Positions 43,948 to 52,319 of a stretch of DNA of 64,000 nucleotides are shown here, piece by piece. The DNA is from Coriobacteriia bacterium (lineage in GTDB: Bacteria > Actinomycetota > Coriobacteriia > Anaerosomatales > SLCP01). Position numbers and translations under genes: made by a program. The stretch is taken from contig JAUVXE010000001.1 in NCBI GenBank assembly GCA_030603745.1, positions 209,641-273,640 of the forward strand. The letters run 5' to 3'. How positions within the stretch are numbered: position 1 is the stretch's first letter; every line of letters begins with the position of its first letter. The notes below the pieces were generated by a model. It saw only the letters and a program-made list of their open reading frames with translations, was not told where the DNA came from and did no database searches.

Positions 43948-44883
43948 TCACCGTCTCTCCGCCACCCGCAGCTTGGCGCTGCGCGCACGCGGGTTCTCTT
44001 CTATCTCACGCTCCGTCGGAACGACGGGGCGTCTCGTCACGATGCGGACCACCGGCTCGGACCCGCACGAGCACACCGGGAGCTCGGGCGGACACGTGCA
44101 CCCCGTCGCCAGCTCGCTGAAGACCCGCTTGACCGTGCGGTCCTCGAGCGAGTGGTAGCTGATCACCACGATCCTGCCTCCGGGAGCGAGCCATCCGACC
44201 GCGGCCCTGAGGCCACGTTCGAGCACCTCGAGCTCCTGGTTGACCTCCATCCTGAGCGCCTGGAAGGTGCGGCGGGCGGGATGAGGGCCCGATCGGCGGG
44301 CCGCCGCGGGGATCGCCGCCTTGATCACCTCCACGAGGTCGGTGGTGGTGAGGATCGGACGGCGGCCTCGCGCGGCTACGATGAATGCTGCGATGCGCGA
44401 GGCCCACCGTTCCTCACCGTATTCGCGGATGACCCGCGAGAGTTCGGCCTCTGAGTAGGTGGCGACGACGTCGGCGGCGGAGGGTCCGCCACCTGCGGGG
44501 TCCATCCGCATGTCGAGCGGCGCGTCCTCGTGGTACGAGAAGCCCCGCTCGGGGACGTCGAGCTGCGGAGACGAGACCCCCAGGTCGAAGAGGAACCCGT
44601 CGGCGTAGGCGATGCCCGCCTCGGTGAGCAGGCGATCGAGGTCGCCGAAGTTCCCCTTCACAAGAATGGCTTGCCGGCCGAGGCGGAGTGTGTCTGCTGC
44701 TGCGGTGAGTGCTGCGTCGTCTTGATCGATCCCGACGAGGATCCCGTCGGGCTGGATCGATTCTGCTATCCGCTTCGCGTGTCCTGCCCCGCCTAAGGTA
44801 CAGTCGACGATGATCGAACCGGGGTGCAACGATAGGTGCTGCGTGACCTCGGCCGGCAAAACTGGGGTGTGCCGGTATTCCAT
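43948..44883 (-). CDS. rsmH: 16S rRNA (cytosine1402-N4)-methyltransferase
   Basis: Motifs HTPVL and DCTLGGAGH. ATG at 44881-44883 is preferred over the TTG at 44889 used by the ORF track. Confidence 0.95.
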   Translation of the reverse strand: MEYRHTPVLPAEVTQHLSLHPGSIIVDCTLGGAGHAKRIAESIQPDGILVGIDQDDAALTAAADTLRLGRQAILVKGNFGDLDRLLTEAGIAYADGFLFDLGVSSPQLDVPERGFSYHEDAPLDMRMDPAGGGPSAADVVATYSEAELSRVIREYGEERWASRIAAFIVAARGRRPILTTTDLVEVIKAAIPAAARRSGPHPARRTFQALRMEVNQELEVLERGLRAAVGWLAPGGRIVVISYHSLEDRTVKRVFSELATGCTCPPELPVCSCGSEPVVRIVTRRPVVPTEREIEENPRARSAKLRVAERR

Positions 44884-44892
44884 TGTCAATCC

Positions 44893-45330
44893 CTAGAGCA
44901 GGCCGGAGTCGGCCAGCTCCCTGGCGAGGTCCTCGATCGAGCCTTGATCCTCGCCCTCCTGATAGGCAGTCCAGGCGGCGGCGTCCCAGATCTCGATCCG
45001 GGTGCCGTTGCCGGTGACCGCGACGTCCTTGCTGAGTCCCGCGTACTCGCGCAGGTTGGCGGGCAGACTGATGCGCCCCGCCGAATCGAACTCGGTCTCG
45101 ACGGCGCCGGTGGTGAAGAAGCGGCGCACCTTGCGGACCCGGGGATCGAAGTCCTCACGGGACGTGAGCTCCTCGACGAACGCGTGGTACTCCTCGGCGG
45201 GGTAGACGTAGAGACAGTCGTCGAGCCCCTTCGCGATGACCAGCTTCCCCGTCATCTCGTTGCGGAACTTCGCAGGCAGGGAGACACGCCCCTTGGCGTC
45301 CAGCGTGTGCTGGTAGTCGCCGAGAAACAT
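44893..45330 (-). CDS. mraZ: Transcriptional regulator MraZ
   Basis: Two SpoVT-AbrB-like repeats (DAKGRVSLP and DSAGRISLP). The start is trimmed to ATG 45328-45330 (MFLGDYQHTLD). Confidence 0.93.
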   Translation of the reverse strand: MFLGDYQHTLDAKGRVSLPAKFRNEMTGKLVIAKGLDDCLYVYPAEEYHAFVEELTSREDFDPRVRKVRRFFTTGAVETEFDSAGRISLPANLREYAGLSKDVAVTGNGTRIEIWDAAAWTAYQEGEDQGSIEDLARELADSGLL

Positions 45331-45411
45331 CCCTCTGCCCTCCCCCACTCTTCCTCAGGGCGTCCCGCCGGACCATGCTGCCGACGGTGGCGTTCGTTCG
45401 TTCCGTGTCAC

Positions 45412-45440
45412 ACTGTATGCCACTTCATCCCACATTTCAA
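45412..45440 (-). promoter_or_regulatory. Putative dcw/mraZ promoter
   Basis: The minus strand reads TTGAAA-N17-TACAGT (-35 at 45435-45440, -10 at 45412-45417). It lies about 80 nt upstream of the mraZ ATG in a locally AT-richer stretch. Confidence 0.6.
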
Positions 45441-45493
45441 CACCTTTGTGGGAATTCATCCCACTCAATCCCCCTGTGCCACACACATCCCCA
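45424..45493 (-). repeat. GTGGGA-type repeats, candidate MraZ operator
   Basis: The exact 10-mer TTCATCCCAC occurs at 45424-45433 and 45455-45464 (minus strand GTGGGATGAA). A degenerate copy TGGGGATGTGT lies at 45483-45493, and an inverted GTGGGA at 45448-45453. The first copy lies inside the promoter spacer. Confidence 0.55.
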
Positions 45494-45619
45494 TCCGGCT
45501 CCCTCGAGCGCCGCCTCGCGATCCGCATGAACCGCGGGCGCCCGGCACCCGTCTATACAAGTGGACCGGGAAGGAATCCGGGATTGAAAGCGGAATCCAT
45601 GACCAGGGGCACGCACGTG

Positions 45620-45649
45620 TTGCCGCCCGCACGACCGTACAGGTAGAAT
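45620..45649 (+). promoter_or_regulatory. Putative promoter for the small membrane ORF
   Basis: TTGCCG-N18-TAGAAT on the plus strand. The -10 ends 42 nt before the ATG at 45692. Confidence 0.45.
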
Positions 45650-45691
45650 CAACGCAGAGACGTTCGGGCGATACGGAGGTGACACTCCCCG

Positions 45692-45826
45692 ATGACAGCC
45701 AATGTGGCAGGCGCGATCTTCAACACCCTGGTCCTGGCCTTCTTCGTCGTCGTCGCTATCGGCGTCGCGCTCGGCGCGTACGCAGCGACCCAGATGAAGA
45801 AGATGGAGGAGAAGATCCAGAAGTAA
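45692..45826 (+). CDS. Small (44 aa) single-pass membrane protein, absent from the ORF track
   Basis: ATG at 45692 lies 11 nt downstream of GGAGGTG. The translation is MTANVAGAIFNTLVLAFFVVVAIGVALGAYAATQMKKMEEKIQK, with stop TAA at 45824-45826. Third-position GC is high, as in the neighbouring genes. Confidence 0.6.
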   Translation: MTANVAGAIFNTLVLAFFVVVAIGVALGAYAATQMKKMEEKIQK

Positions 45827-45927
45827 CCTCCGTGCACCGCGTATCATCCCGGACGCCCTCCCGCCCGATCAGGCGACGAGGGCGTTCGTGCGTATCAGGC
45901 ACGCGCCGAGGATGGATGGAGGACACG

Positions 45928-46962
45928 ATGCACGATCGAACAGGCATACGGACGCACCGGGCGCGATCGGCGATCGCGGCGATCGCGCTGGTCGCGCTCG
46001 CGGCCTTTGCGCTCACCGGTTGCGGTGTCTGGAGCGGCTCCGACGATTCCGACGGGTCGCTCTCCGTCGTTCCCGGCAAGGACAGCGCCGTCTTCGACAT
46101 GCCCGCCGAGGACCGGACGATGGCGGGCGCGCCCGACATGGCCGAGGTCGACCCCGCGCCCGGCACGGGTGCGGGACCCGACGCGTCGCAGGTCCCCGCC
46201 GACGAGCGCTACATCATCCGCACGGTGGGCGTGAGGGTCCAGGTCGATGACGTCGAGCCCGCCGTGGAGTCGGTCCGCGGCGAGGTCGAGCGCGTGGGCG
46301 GCGTGGTCACCGCCGTGCAGGTCAGCACTGACGAATCGCTGCCGATCTACCGGTGGGAGGCGATGGGTTCGCTCGCCGACGGGGCGCCGCTGCGCGGCTT
46401 CGTGACCGCCCGTGTCCCGGTCGACCAGGTCGACGCGTTCCTCGAGGCCGTCTCCGGCCTCGGCGCGGTCACGCACCAGTCCGCCGACGAGAGCGACGTG
46501 ACCCAGGAGCACATCGACCTGTCAGCCCGGCTTGCGAACCTCGAGGCGCAGGAGACCCGGCTGCGCGAGTTCTTCGACCGGGCGGAGAACGTCGAGGACA
46601 TGCTCGGCATCGAGCGCGAACTCGGCCGCGTGCGCGGCGAGATCGAGTCAATCACCGCGAGGATCGCGTTCCTGGAGCGGCAGTCCGCGATGGCCACGGT
46701 CACGGTCGAACTTGCCGGCAGGCCCTCGATCGTGAGCCCAGGTGGCTCGGACTGGGGCTTCATCGACGCGCTCACCCGCGGGGTGCGCGGGTTCGTGCGA
46801 ACCATCAACGGGATGATCGAGCTCACGATGAGCGCGCTGCCGCTGGTGATCGTCGCAGCGCTGGCCTGGCTCGTCGTCCGCGCGCTGGTGCGCCGCCGGC
46901 GCAGCCGGGACGGGACCGCTGCGGCGGGCGCCACCGGTGACCGGCCGGACGACGGCCGGTGA
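45928..46962 (+). CDS. DUF4349-like lipoprotein with a C-terminal TM anchor
   Basis: The 708-aa ORF is trimmed to ATG 45928, which is preceded by GGAGGA. The signal and lipobox read AAFALTGCG. A coiled-coil core (LSARLANLEAQETRLREFFDRAENVEDMLGIERELGRVRGEIESI) is followed by a C-terminal TM. Confidence 0.75.
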   Translation: MHDRTGIRTHRARSAIAAIALVALAAFALTGCGVWSGSDDSDGSLSVVPGKDSAVFDMPAEDRTMAGAPDMAEVDPAPGTGAGPDASQVPADERYIIRTVGVRVQVDDVEPAVESVRGEVERVGGVVTAVQVSTDESLPIYRWEAMGSLADGAPLRGFVTARVPVDQVDAFLEAVSGLGAVTHQSADESDVTQEHIDLSARLANLEAQETRLREFFDRAENVEDMLGIERELGRVRGEIESITARIAFLERQSAMATVTVELAGRPSIVSPGGSDWGFIDALTRGVRGFVRTINGMIELTMSALPLVIVAALAWLVVRALVRRRRSRDGTAAAGATGDRPDDGR

Positions 46963-47216
46963 TCCGGCCGCGCTTCAGATTGCCGCTGTGGGCGGCGGTG
47001 GGGCTTCCCGCCGCCGCCTACGTGGCACGCTCCCTGATCAGGGGTGGCGACTTCCGGCCCGACCTGCCCTCAGACGCGCTCGCCTACGGCATGCTCGCCC
47101 TCGTCGTGGTCGCCGTCTGGATCGCGCGGACGCGAGCGGAGCGACCCGACGAGTCCGATGAGCCCCTGGCCGAGCAGGTGGATCCCGAAGACCGCGAGTC
47201 CGGCGAGCCCGGGTAG
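46959..47216 (+). CDS. Hypothetical small membrane protein (85 aa), translationally coupled to the DUF4349-like gene
   Basis: GTG start overlaps the upstream stop (GTGA). The product has two hydrophobic segments and an acidic tail, with high third-position GC. Its 3' 147 nt are antisense to ORF 47070-47375. Confidence 0.4.
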   Translation: MIRPRFRLPLWAAVGLPAAAYVARSLIRGGDFRPDLPSDALAYGMLALVVVAVWIARTRAERPDESDEPLAEQVDPEDRESGEPG

Positions 47217-47375
47217 CACGAGGAGGTCCTCGGCCAGCTCGAGGGACTCGACGCCCGGCGCGCCGGCACCGCCCACGGCGGTGAGCCACCCGCCCACGGC
47301 GACACCGATCGCGGCGCCGACCCCCCACGTCGCGGCCCAGAAGACCGCCCGTCCGACATCCCGTCCGATCGCCAT
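47070..47375 (-). CDS. Hypothetical small 2-TM protein (101 aa) downstream of the ABC permease
   Basis: ATG lies 6 nt after the permease stop and is preceded by AAGGGGTAGGGAG. The first TM is Gly-zipper-like (GVGAAIGVAVGGWLTAVGGAG). The gene overlaps ORF 46959-47216 convergently, so one of the two may be a shadow. Confidence 0.4.
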   Translation of the reverse strand: MAIGRDVGRAVFWAATWGVGAAIGVAVGGWLTAVGGAGAPGVESLELAEDLLVLPGLAGLAVFGIHLLGQGLIGLVGSLRSRPRDPDGDHDEGEHAVGERV

Positions 47376-47381
47376 CGCTCC

Positions 47382-48335
47382 CTACCCCTTCTCGTACGGC
47401 TTGCCGATCGCGGCCGGGGCGACCGCGCGGCCCACGACGCTCGCGAGAACGACCACGGTGAGCACATAGGGCAGCATGAGGAAGAACTGCGACGGGATGC
47501 GGATCACGTCACGGAAGAGCTGGAGCCGGATCTGCAGCGCGTCGGCGAAACCGAAGAGCAGCGAGGCGCCGTAGCTCCCGCCGGGCGTCCACCGGCCGAA
47601 GATGTTGGCGGCGAGCGCGATGAACCCGCGGCCGTTCGTCATACCCTCGGTGAACGAGCCCACCTGTTCCAGCGTGAGGTTCGCGCCGGCGAGCCCCGCG
47701 AGCGCACCACTCACGAGCACCGCCGAGTAGCGGCCGCGCACGACACTGATCCCCACCGTGTCGGCGGCGCGCGGATGCTCTCCGAGCGAGCGCAGACGAA
47801 GCCCCCACCGCGTGTTGTAGAGCGCCCAGTGCCCACCGATCGCGATGAAGATGGCGGCGTAGACGATCGGCGTATAGCTCAGGAACACCGTGTCGACCCA
47901 GCGCCAGACCGTGGCAAGAGCCCCGTCGCCCGGGCCGGAGAAGGAGAACACCGGCTGCAGCCGGCGCACCGGGTCGGTGGTCCCGGGATGGCCGAAGATG
48001 ACCTCCATCAGGAAGCCGGTGAGCCCCGTGGCGAGGATGTTGATCGCCGTCCCGGAGACCACCTGGTCGGTGCGAAGCGTGATCGAGGCGAACGCGTGCA
48101 CGAGCGCGAGCGAGATGCCCGCGACCACGGCGGTGACCACGCCGAACCACGCACTGCCCGTGTACATCGCGCCGATGACGCCCATGAACGCCCCGAAGAG
48201 CATCATCCCCTCGAGCGCGATGTTGACGACGCCCGCACGCTCACAGATGGTCCCGCCGATCGCGGCGAGCGCGAGCGGGGTCGCCATGCGGACCGCGGAG
48301 GCGAACAGGTCGGGCGTCAGGAGATCAGCCAGCAT
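47382..48335 (-). CDS. ABC transporter permease (BMP/nucleoside-type importer, second permease)
   Basis: 317 aa with about 8-9 TM segments and a branched-chain/ribose-type permease fold. It belongs to an operon with a BMP lipoprotein and a double ATPase. Confidence 0.88.
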   Translation of the reverse strand: MLADLLTPDLFASAVRMATPLALAAIGGTICERAGVVNIALEGMMLFGAFMGVIGAMYTGSAWFGVVTAVVAGISLALVHAFASITLRTDQVVSGTAINILATGLTGFLMEVIFGHPGTTDPVRRLQPVFSFSGPGDGALATVWRWVDTVFLSYTPIVYAAIFIAIGGHWALYNTRWGLRLRSLGEHPRAADTVGISVVRGRYSAVLVSGALAGLAGANLTLEQVGSFTEGMTNGRGFIALAANIFGRWTPGGSYGASLLFGFADALQIRLQLFRDVIRIPSQFFLMLPYVLTVVVLASVVGRAVAPAAIGKPYEKG

Positions 48336-49434
48336 GCTCCACCTCCTGACGGCCGCCCTTGCGTATGACCCACCGGGCGAGTTGCTCGGCGGCGACCAGG
48401 AAGATGATGAGCGCCTGGATGATGAAGATCACCTTCGCCGGCACCTCGGCCTCGAGCTGCATCGTGCCCGCTCCCGCCGACAGCGCGCCGAACAGGATCG
48501 CCGCGGCGATCACGCCGATGGGGTTGTTCTTCGCAAGCAGCGCGACCGCGATCCCCGTGAACCCGAACCCGGCCGAGAACTGGTCGAACAGGCGTAGGTG
48601 CACCCCCATCACCTCGGTCACCCCGGCGAGTCCCGCGAGCGCGCCGGAGATACAGAGCGCCTTGATCGTGGTCGCCGGGACCGAGATGCCCCCGGTCTCC
48701 GACGCCCACGGGTTGAACCCCACGGCCCGCGACTCGTAGCCGAGCGAGGTGTACTTCAACACCCACCAGATGAAGAGCGCGAGCAGCACTCCGACCACGA
48801 AGCCGAGGTGCGCTCTGGACTGCGCGAGGAACGGTAGGACCTCGTGCATCCTCGGCAGGGTGGACTCCACCGGCAGGCGCTCCGTCTGAGGGATCTGCCC
48901 GTCCGCCCGCAGGGGCCCCGTGACGAGCCATGAGACCAGGTACCGGCCGATGAACGTGAACATCATCGTCGTGATGACCTCGTGCGCCCCCACCTTGGCC
49001 TTGAGGAGCGCCGGGATGAACGCCCACGCCGCCCCGATGGCCGCGCCCGCCACGATCATGAGCACGATGTTGAGGGGCCGCGGCATCCCGGCGAGCGCGA
49101 TACCGAGGAACGCCGCCGACAGGCCGCCCATGAACAGCTGGCCCTCGGCGCCGATGTTGAAGAGCCCTGCGCGGAACCCGTACGCGACGGCGAGCCCGGT
49201 GAACATGAGCGGGGTGGCCCGCAGCATCGTCTCGCCGATCTGGCGACCGCCGCCGAACGAACCCTTGAGCATCGCGGCGAACGCGGCGATAGGGTCGAAG
49301 CCGGCGAGCAGGATGATGACCGAACTGATAAGGATCGCGATCGCCACCGAGACCACCGGCACCATGAACTCGCGCAACAGCGCTCCCGTTGCGACCCTCG
49401 GCGGCTTAACCGTCGGTCCGGCCATCGTCCGCAC
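48325..49434 (-). CDS. ABC transporter permease (BMP/nucleoside-type importer, first permease)
   Basis: 369 aa, polytopic. The start is GTG at 49434 or ATG at 49425, and both overlap the ATPase 3' end. Confidence 0.88.
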   Translation of the reverse strand: MRTMAGPTVKPPRVATGALLREFMVPVVSVAIAILISSVIILLAGFDPIAAFAAMLKGSFGGGRQIGETMLRATPLMFTGLAVAYGFRAGLFNIGAEGQLFMGGLSAAFLGIALAGMPRPLNIVLMIVAGAAIGAAWAFIPALLKAKVGAHEVITTMMFTFIGRYLVSWLVTGPLRADGQIPQTERLPVESTLPRMHEVLPFLAQSRAHLGFVVGVLLALFIWWVLKYTSLGYESRAVGFNPWASETGGISVPATTIKALCISGALAGLAGVTEVMGVHLRLFDQFSAGFGFTGIAVALLAKNNPIGVIAAAILFGALSAGAGTMQLEAEVPAKVIFIIQALIIFLVAAEQLARWVIRKGGRQEVEHAG

Positions 49435-50974
49435 CCACCTCCTCGATCGTCTCAGCGAGCTTGTCGCCGCCGGCGCCGGTCATGTAGTAGCCGAGTTCCT
49501 CGTCACTCGCCTCTCCCGCCGCGAACTCGCGGACGATGCGGCCTTCGAAGATCACGAGGATCCGGTCGGCGAGCGTCTGGACCTCCTCGAGCTCGAGACT
49601 GATCAGGAGCACCGCCTTGCCCCGGTCCCGTTCGGCGAGGATCTGATTGTGCACGAACTCGATGGCCCCGACGTCGAGGCCCCGGGTCGGCTGCGCGGCG
49701 ACGAGCAGGTCGGGGTCGCGCCCGAGTTCGCGCGCGAGGACCAACTTCTGCTGGTTGCCGCCGGAGAGCGCCGACGCCTTCACCTTCTCCGAGGGTGTGC
49801 GCACGTCGTAGTCAGCGATGCGTCGCCTCGTCACCTCGGCGATCGATCGGAAGTCGAGTACCCCGTGGCTAGCGAACGGCTTGAGCCGATGGTCGCCGAG
49901 GATCGTGTTCTCCATGAGGTCGAACTCGAGGACCAGGCCGCGGCGGTGACGGTCCTCGGGAACGTGGGACAGGCCCGCTTCGATGGTCTCACGCGCATGC
50001 GCGTGGGTGATGTCGGTGCCCTTGAGCCGCATCGACCCACTCTTGACCTTCCTGAGGCCGGTGAGGGCCTCGACGAGCTCGGTCTGGCCGTTGCCGCTCA
50101 CGCCCGCGAGCGCGACGACCTCCCCGGCACAGATCGAGAAACTGACGCCACGCACCGCCTCGAGCTTGCGCTCGTCGAGCACGTGCAGATCGTCGATCTC
50201 GAGGACGGTGTCGCCGCAGGTGGCGGGCTTCTTCTCGACGCGGAAGATGACCTCGCGCCCGACCATCATCCGGGCGAGCCCGGCCGTGTCGGTGTCGGCG
50301 GGTCGGGTCTCCCCCACCACGCGACCGTCGCGCATGACCACCACGCGGTCCGCGACGGACATGACCTCCTCGAGCTTGTGCGTGATGAAGACGACCGAGA
50401 GCCCCTCGGCCACGAGCGAACGTACGACCGCGAACAGCTCGCGGACCTCCTGGGGCGTGAGCACCGCCGTGGGCTCGTCGAGGATGAGCACCCGCGCCCC
50501 CCGGTAGAGCGCCTTGAGTATCTCGACGCGCTGCTGGGTCCCCACCGGCAGGTCGCGCACCACGGCGTCGGGGTCGACCGCGAGCCCGTAGCGGCGCGAG
50601 ATCTCCCTGACCGCCTCGCGCGCGGCGCGGAAGTCGATCGCGCCGGCCCTGGTGGGCTCGTTGCCGAGCACGATGTTCTCGGTGACCGTGAGCGGTGGCA
50701 CCAGCATGAAGTGCTGGTGGACCATCCCGATCCCGAGGTCGATCGCGTGGCGGGGCGAGCGGATATGCATGGGCGAACCGTCGACGAGGATCTCCCCGCC
50801 GTCAGCGTCGAGCAGTCCGTACACCACGTTCATCAGGGTGCTCTTGCCCGCACCGTTCTCGCCGAGGAGCGCGACGATCTCTCCCGGGTGCAGCGAGAGA
50901 GAGACCCGGTCGTTCGCGAGCACTCCCGGGAAGCGCTTGGTCACTTCGCGTAACTCGATGAGCGGGGTCGCCAT
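49406..50974 (-). CDS. ABC transporter ATP-binding protein with duplicated ATPase domains
   Basis: 522 aa with Walker A GENGAGKST in the first half and GVSGNGQTEL in the second, plus LSGGNQQK. ATG is preceded by GAGGAG. Confidence 0.92.
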   Translation of the reverse strand: MATPLIELREVTKRFPGVLANDRVSLSLHPGEIVALLGENGAGKSTLMNVVYGLLDADGGEILVDGSPMHIRSPRHAIDLGIGMVHQHFMLVPPLTVTENIVLGNEPTRAGAIDFRAAREAVREISRRYGLAVDPDAVVRDLPVGTQQRVEILKALYRGARVLILDEPTAVLTPQEVRELFAVVRSLVAEGLSVVFITHKLEEVMSVADRVVVMRDGRVVGETRPADTDTAGLARMMVGREVIFRVEKKPATCGDTVLEIDDLHVLDERKLEAVRGVSFSICAGEVVALAGVSGNGQTELVEALTGLRKVKSGSMRLKGTDITHAHARETIEAGLSHVPEDRHRRGLVLEFDLMENTILGDHRLKPFASHGVLDFRSIAEVTRRRIADYDVRTPSEKVKASALSGGNQQKLVLARELGRDPDLLVAAQPTRGLDVGAIEFVHNQILAERDRGKAVLLISLELEEVQTLADRILVIFEGRIVREFAAGEASDEELGYYMTGAGGDKLAETIEEVGADDGRTDG

Positions 50975-51032
50975 ACTCTCCTCACGATTCCTCGGACGGG
51001 CCGTGTGGGGCTCGGTGCCATCGTGTCACATC

Positions 51033-51068
51033 AAGAGGGCGACCGGTACTCGGACCGGCCGCCCTCTT
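51033..51068 (-). terminator. Intercistronic stem-loop between the binding-protein gene and the ATPase gene
   Basis: AAGAGGGCGACCGG-N8-CCGGCCGCCCTCTT pairs at 13 of 14 positions, 40 nt downstream of the lipoprotein stop. This placement is typical of partial terminators that raise the binding-protein to transporter ratio. Confidence 0.45.
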
Positions 51069-51107
51069 TCGGTTCCACGTATCCGGACTCGGTCACGCGT
51101 GCGGAGC

Positions 51108-52190
51108 TTAGAGCTCGTCGCGGGTCGCGGGGACGGTCACCGTGCCGTTGATGACATCCTGACGCGCGGCCTCGACCGCGTCGCGGATCTCCTGGGAGAC
51201 GGCATCCTCGAAGTCGTGGAACGGAGCGATGTCGACGCCGCCTTCGGCGATGCCGAAGGTGCGGTTCTCGCCACCCACGAAGGTGCCCTCGACGACGGCC
51301 TTGATGGTCTCGAAGACCGCGGTCTCGAGGCTCTTCATGGCCGAGGTGAGCATGACGTCCCCGGAGCCCTCGACCGAGAAGTACTGGTCGACGTCGACGC
51401 CGATGAACAGCGCACCCTGCTCCTGGCACGCGGTGATCGCGCCGTTACCGGTCAGGCCGGCCGCGGCGAACACCACGTCGGCACCCTCGGCGATCGCGGA
51501 GAGGGCGAGCTCTTTGCCCTTGGCCACGTCGTCGAAGCTGCCCGCGTACAGGTTGATGATCTCGACATCGGGGTTGACCGACCGGGCACCGGCGATGAAC
51601 CCGACCTCGAACCGCTCGACCGGCGGGATGTCCATGCCGCCGATGAACGCGATCTTGTTCTGGTCGTTGATGCGGTCGTCGAGATCGCCGTCGAGCGTGG
51701 CGAGACCGGCGACGACACCGGCCAGATAGGCGGACTCATGCTCTTTGAAGAGCAGGCCGACGACGTTGTCGCCCGGCTCCTCGAAGAACTGGTCGATGCC
51801 GCCGAACACGACATCGGGATACTCCGGCCCCTTGACGATCGTGGTGTCGGTCATCAGGAAGCCGACGGTGAAGATGACATCGAAGCCCGCGTTGGCCAGC
51901 TGGTCGATGTTGGGCTCGTAGTCCGCGATCTCGTTGGACTCGAGCGCCCGGATCTCCACACCGAGCTCGCGCTCAGCGCGGAGCAGACCCTCGTACGTAC
52001 CGTCGTTGAAGGTCTTGTCGCCAAGACCGCCCACGTCGGTGACCATCGCCGCCCTGACATCGGTCGTGGGAGCTTCACCGGTGTCAGGATCGTCGACCGG
52101 CTCGTCCTCGCCCCCGCACCCGACCGCGAACACGGCCACGAGTGCTGCGACGAGGAGCAACGCAAGGACCTTCCTCAGTTTCGAGTCCAC
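51108..52190 (-). CDS. BMP-family (PnrA/Med-like) substrate-binding lipoprotein
   Basis: 360 aa with a GTG start preceded by GAGGAGGGAG and a lipobox AVGCGG. The Bmp-type fold is consistent with nucleoside/purine binding proteins. A TAGAAT -10 candidate lies at 52233-52238 (minus). Confidence 0.88.
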   Translation of the reverse strand: MDSKLRKVLALLLVAALVAVFAVGCGGEDEPVDDPDTGEAPTTDVRAAMVTDVGGLGDKTFNDGTYEGLLRAERELGVEIRALESNEIADYEPNIDQLANAGFDVIFTVGFLMTDTTIVKGPEYPDVVFGGIDQFFEEPGDNVVGLLFKEHESAYLAGVVAGLATLDGDLDDRINDQNKIAFIGGMDIPPVERFEVGFIAGARSVNPDVEIINLYAGSFDDVAKGKELALSAIAEGADVVFAAAGLTGNGAITACQEQGALFIGVDVDQYFSVEGSGDVMLTSAMKSLETAVFETIKAVVEGTFVGGENRTFGIAEGGVDIAPFHDFEDAVSQEIRDAVEAARQDVINGTVTVPATRDEL

Positions 52191-52319
52191 GCAGATCTCC
52201 CTCCTCTATACGGAACATGCCTACCGCTATCCATTCTATACCTTCTGAACGACAGCGACACAGAGAGATTGTCCCCCTTCCGGCCCTCGCCAGACGCGGT
52301 CCCCCCACCGGAGAGGCCT

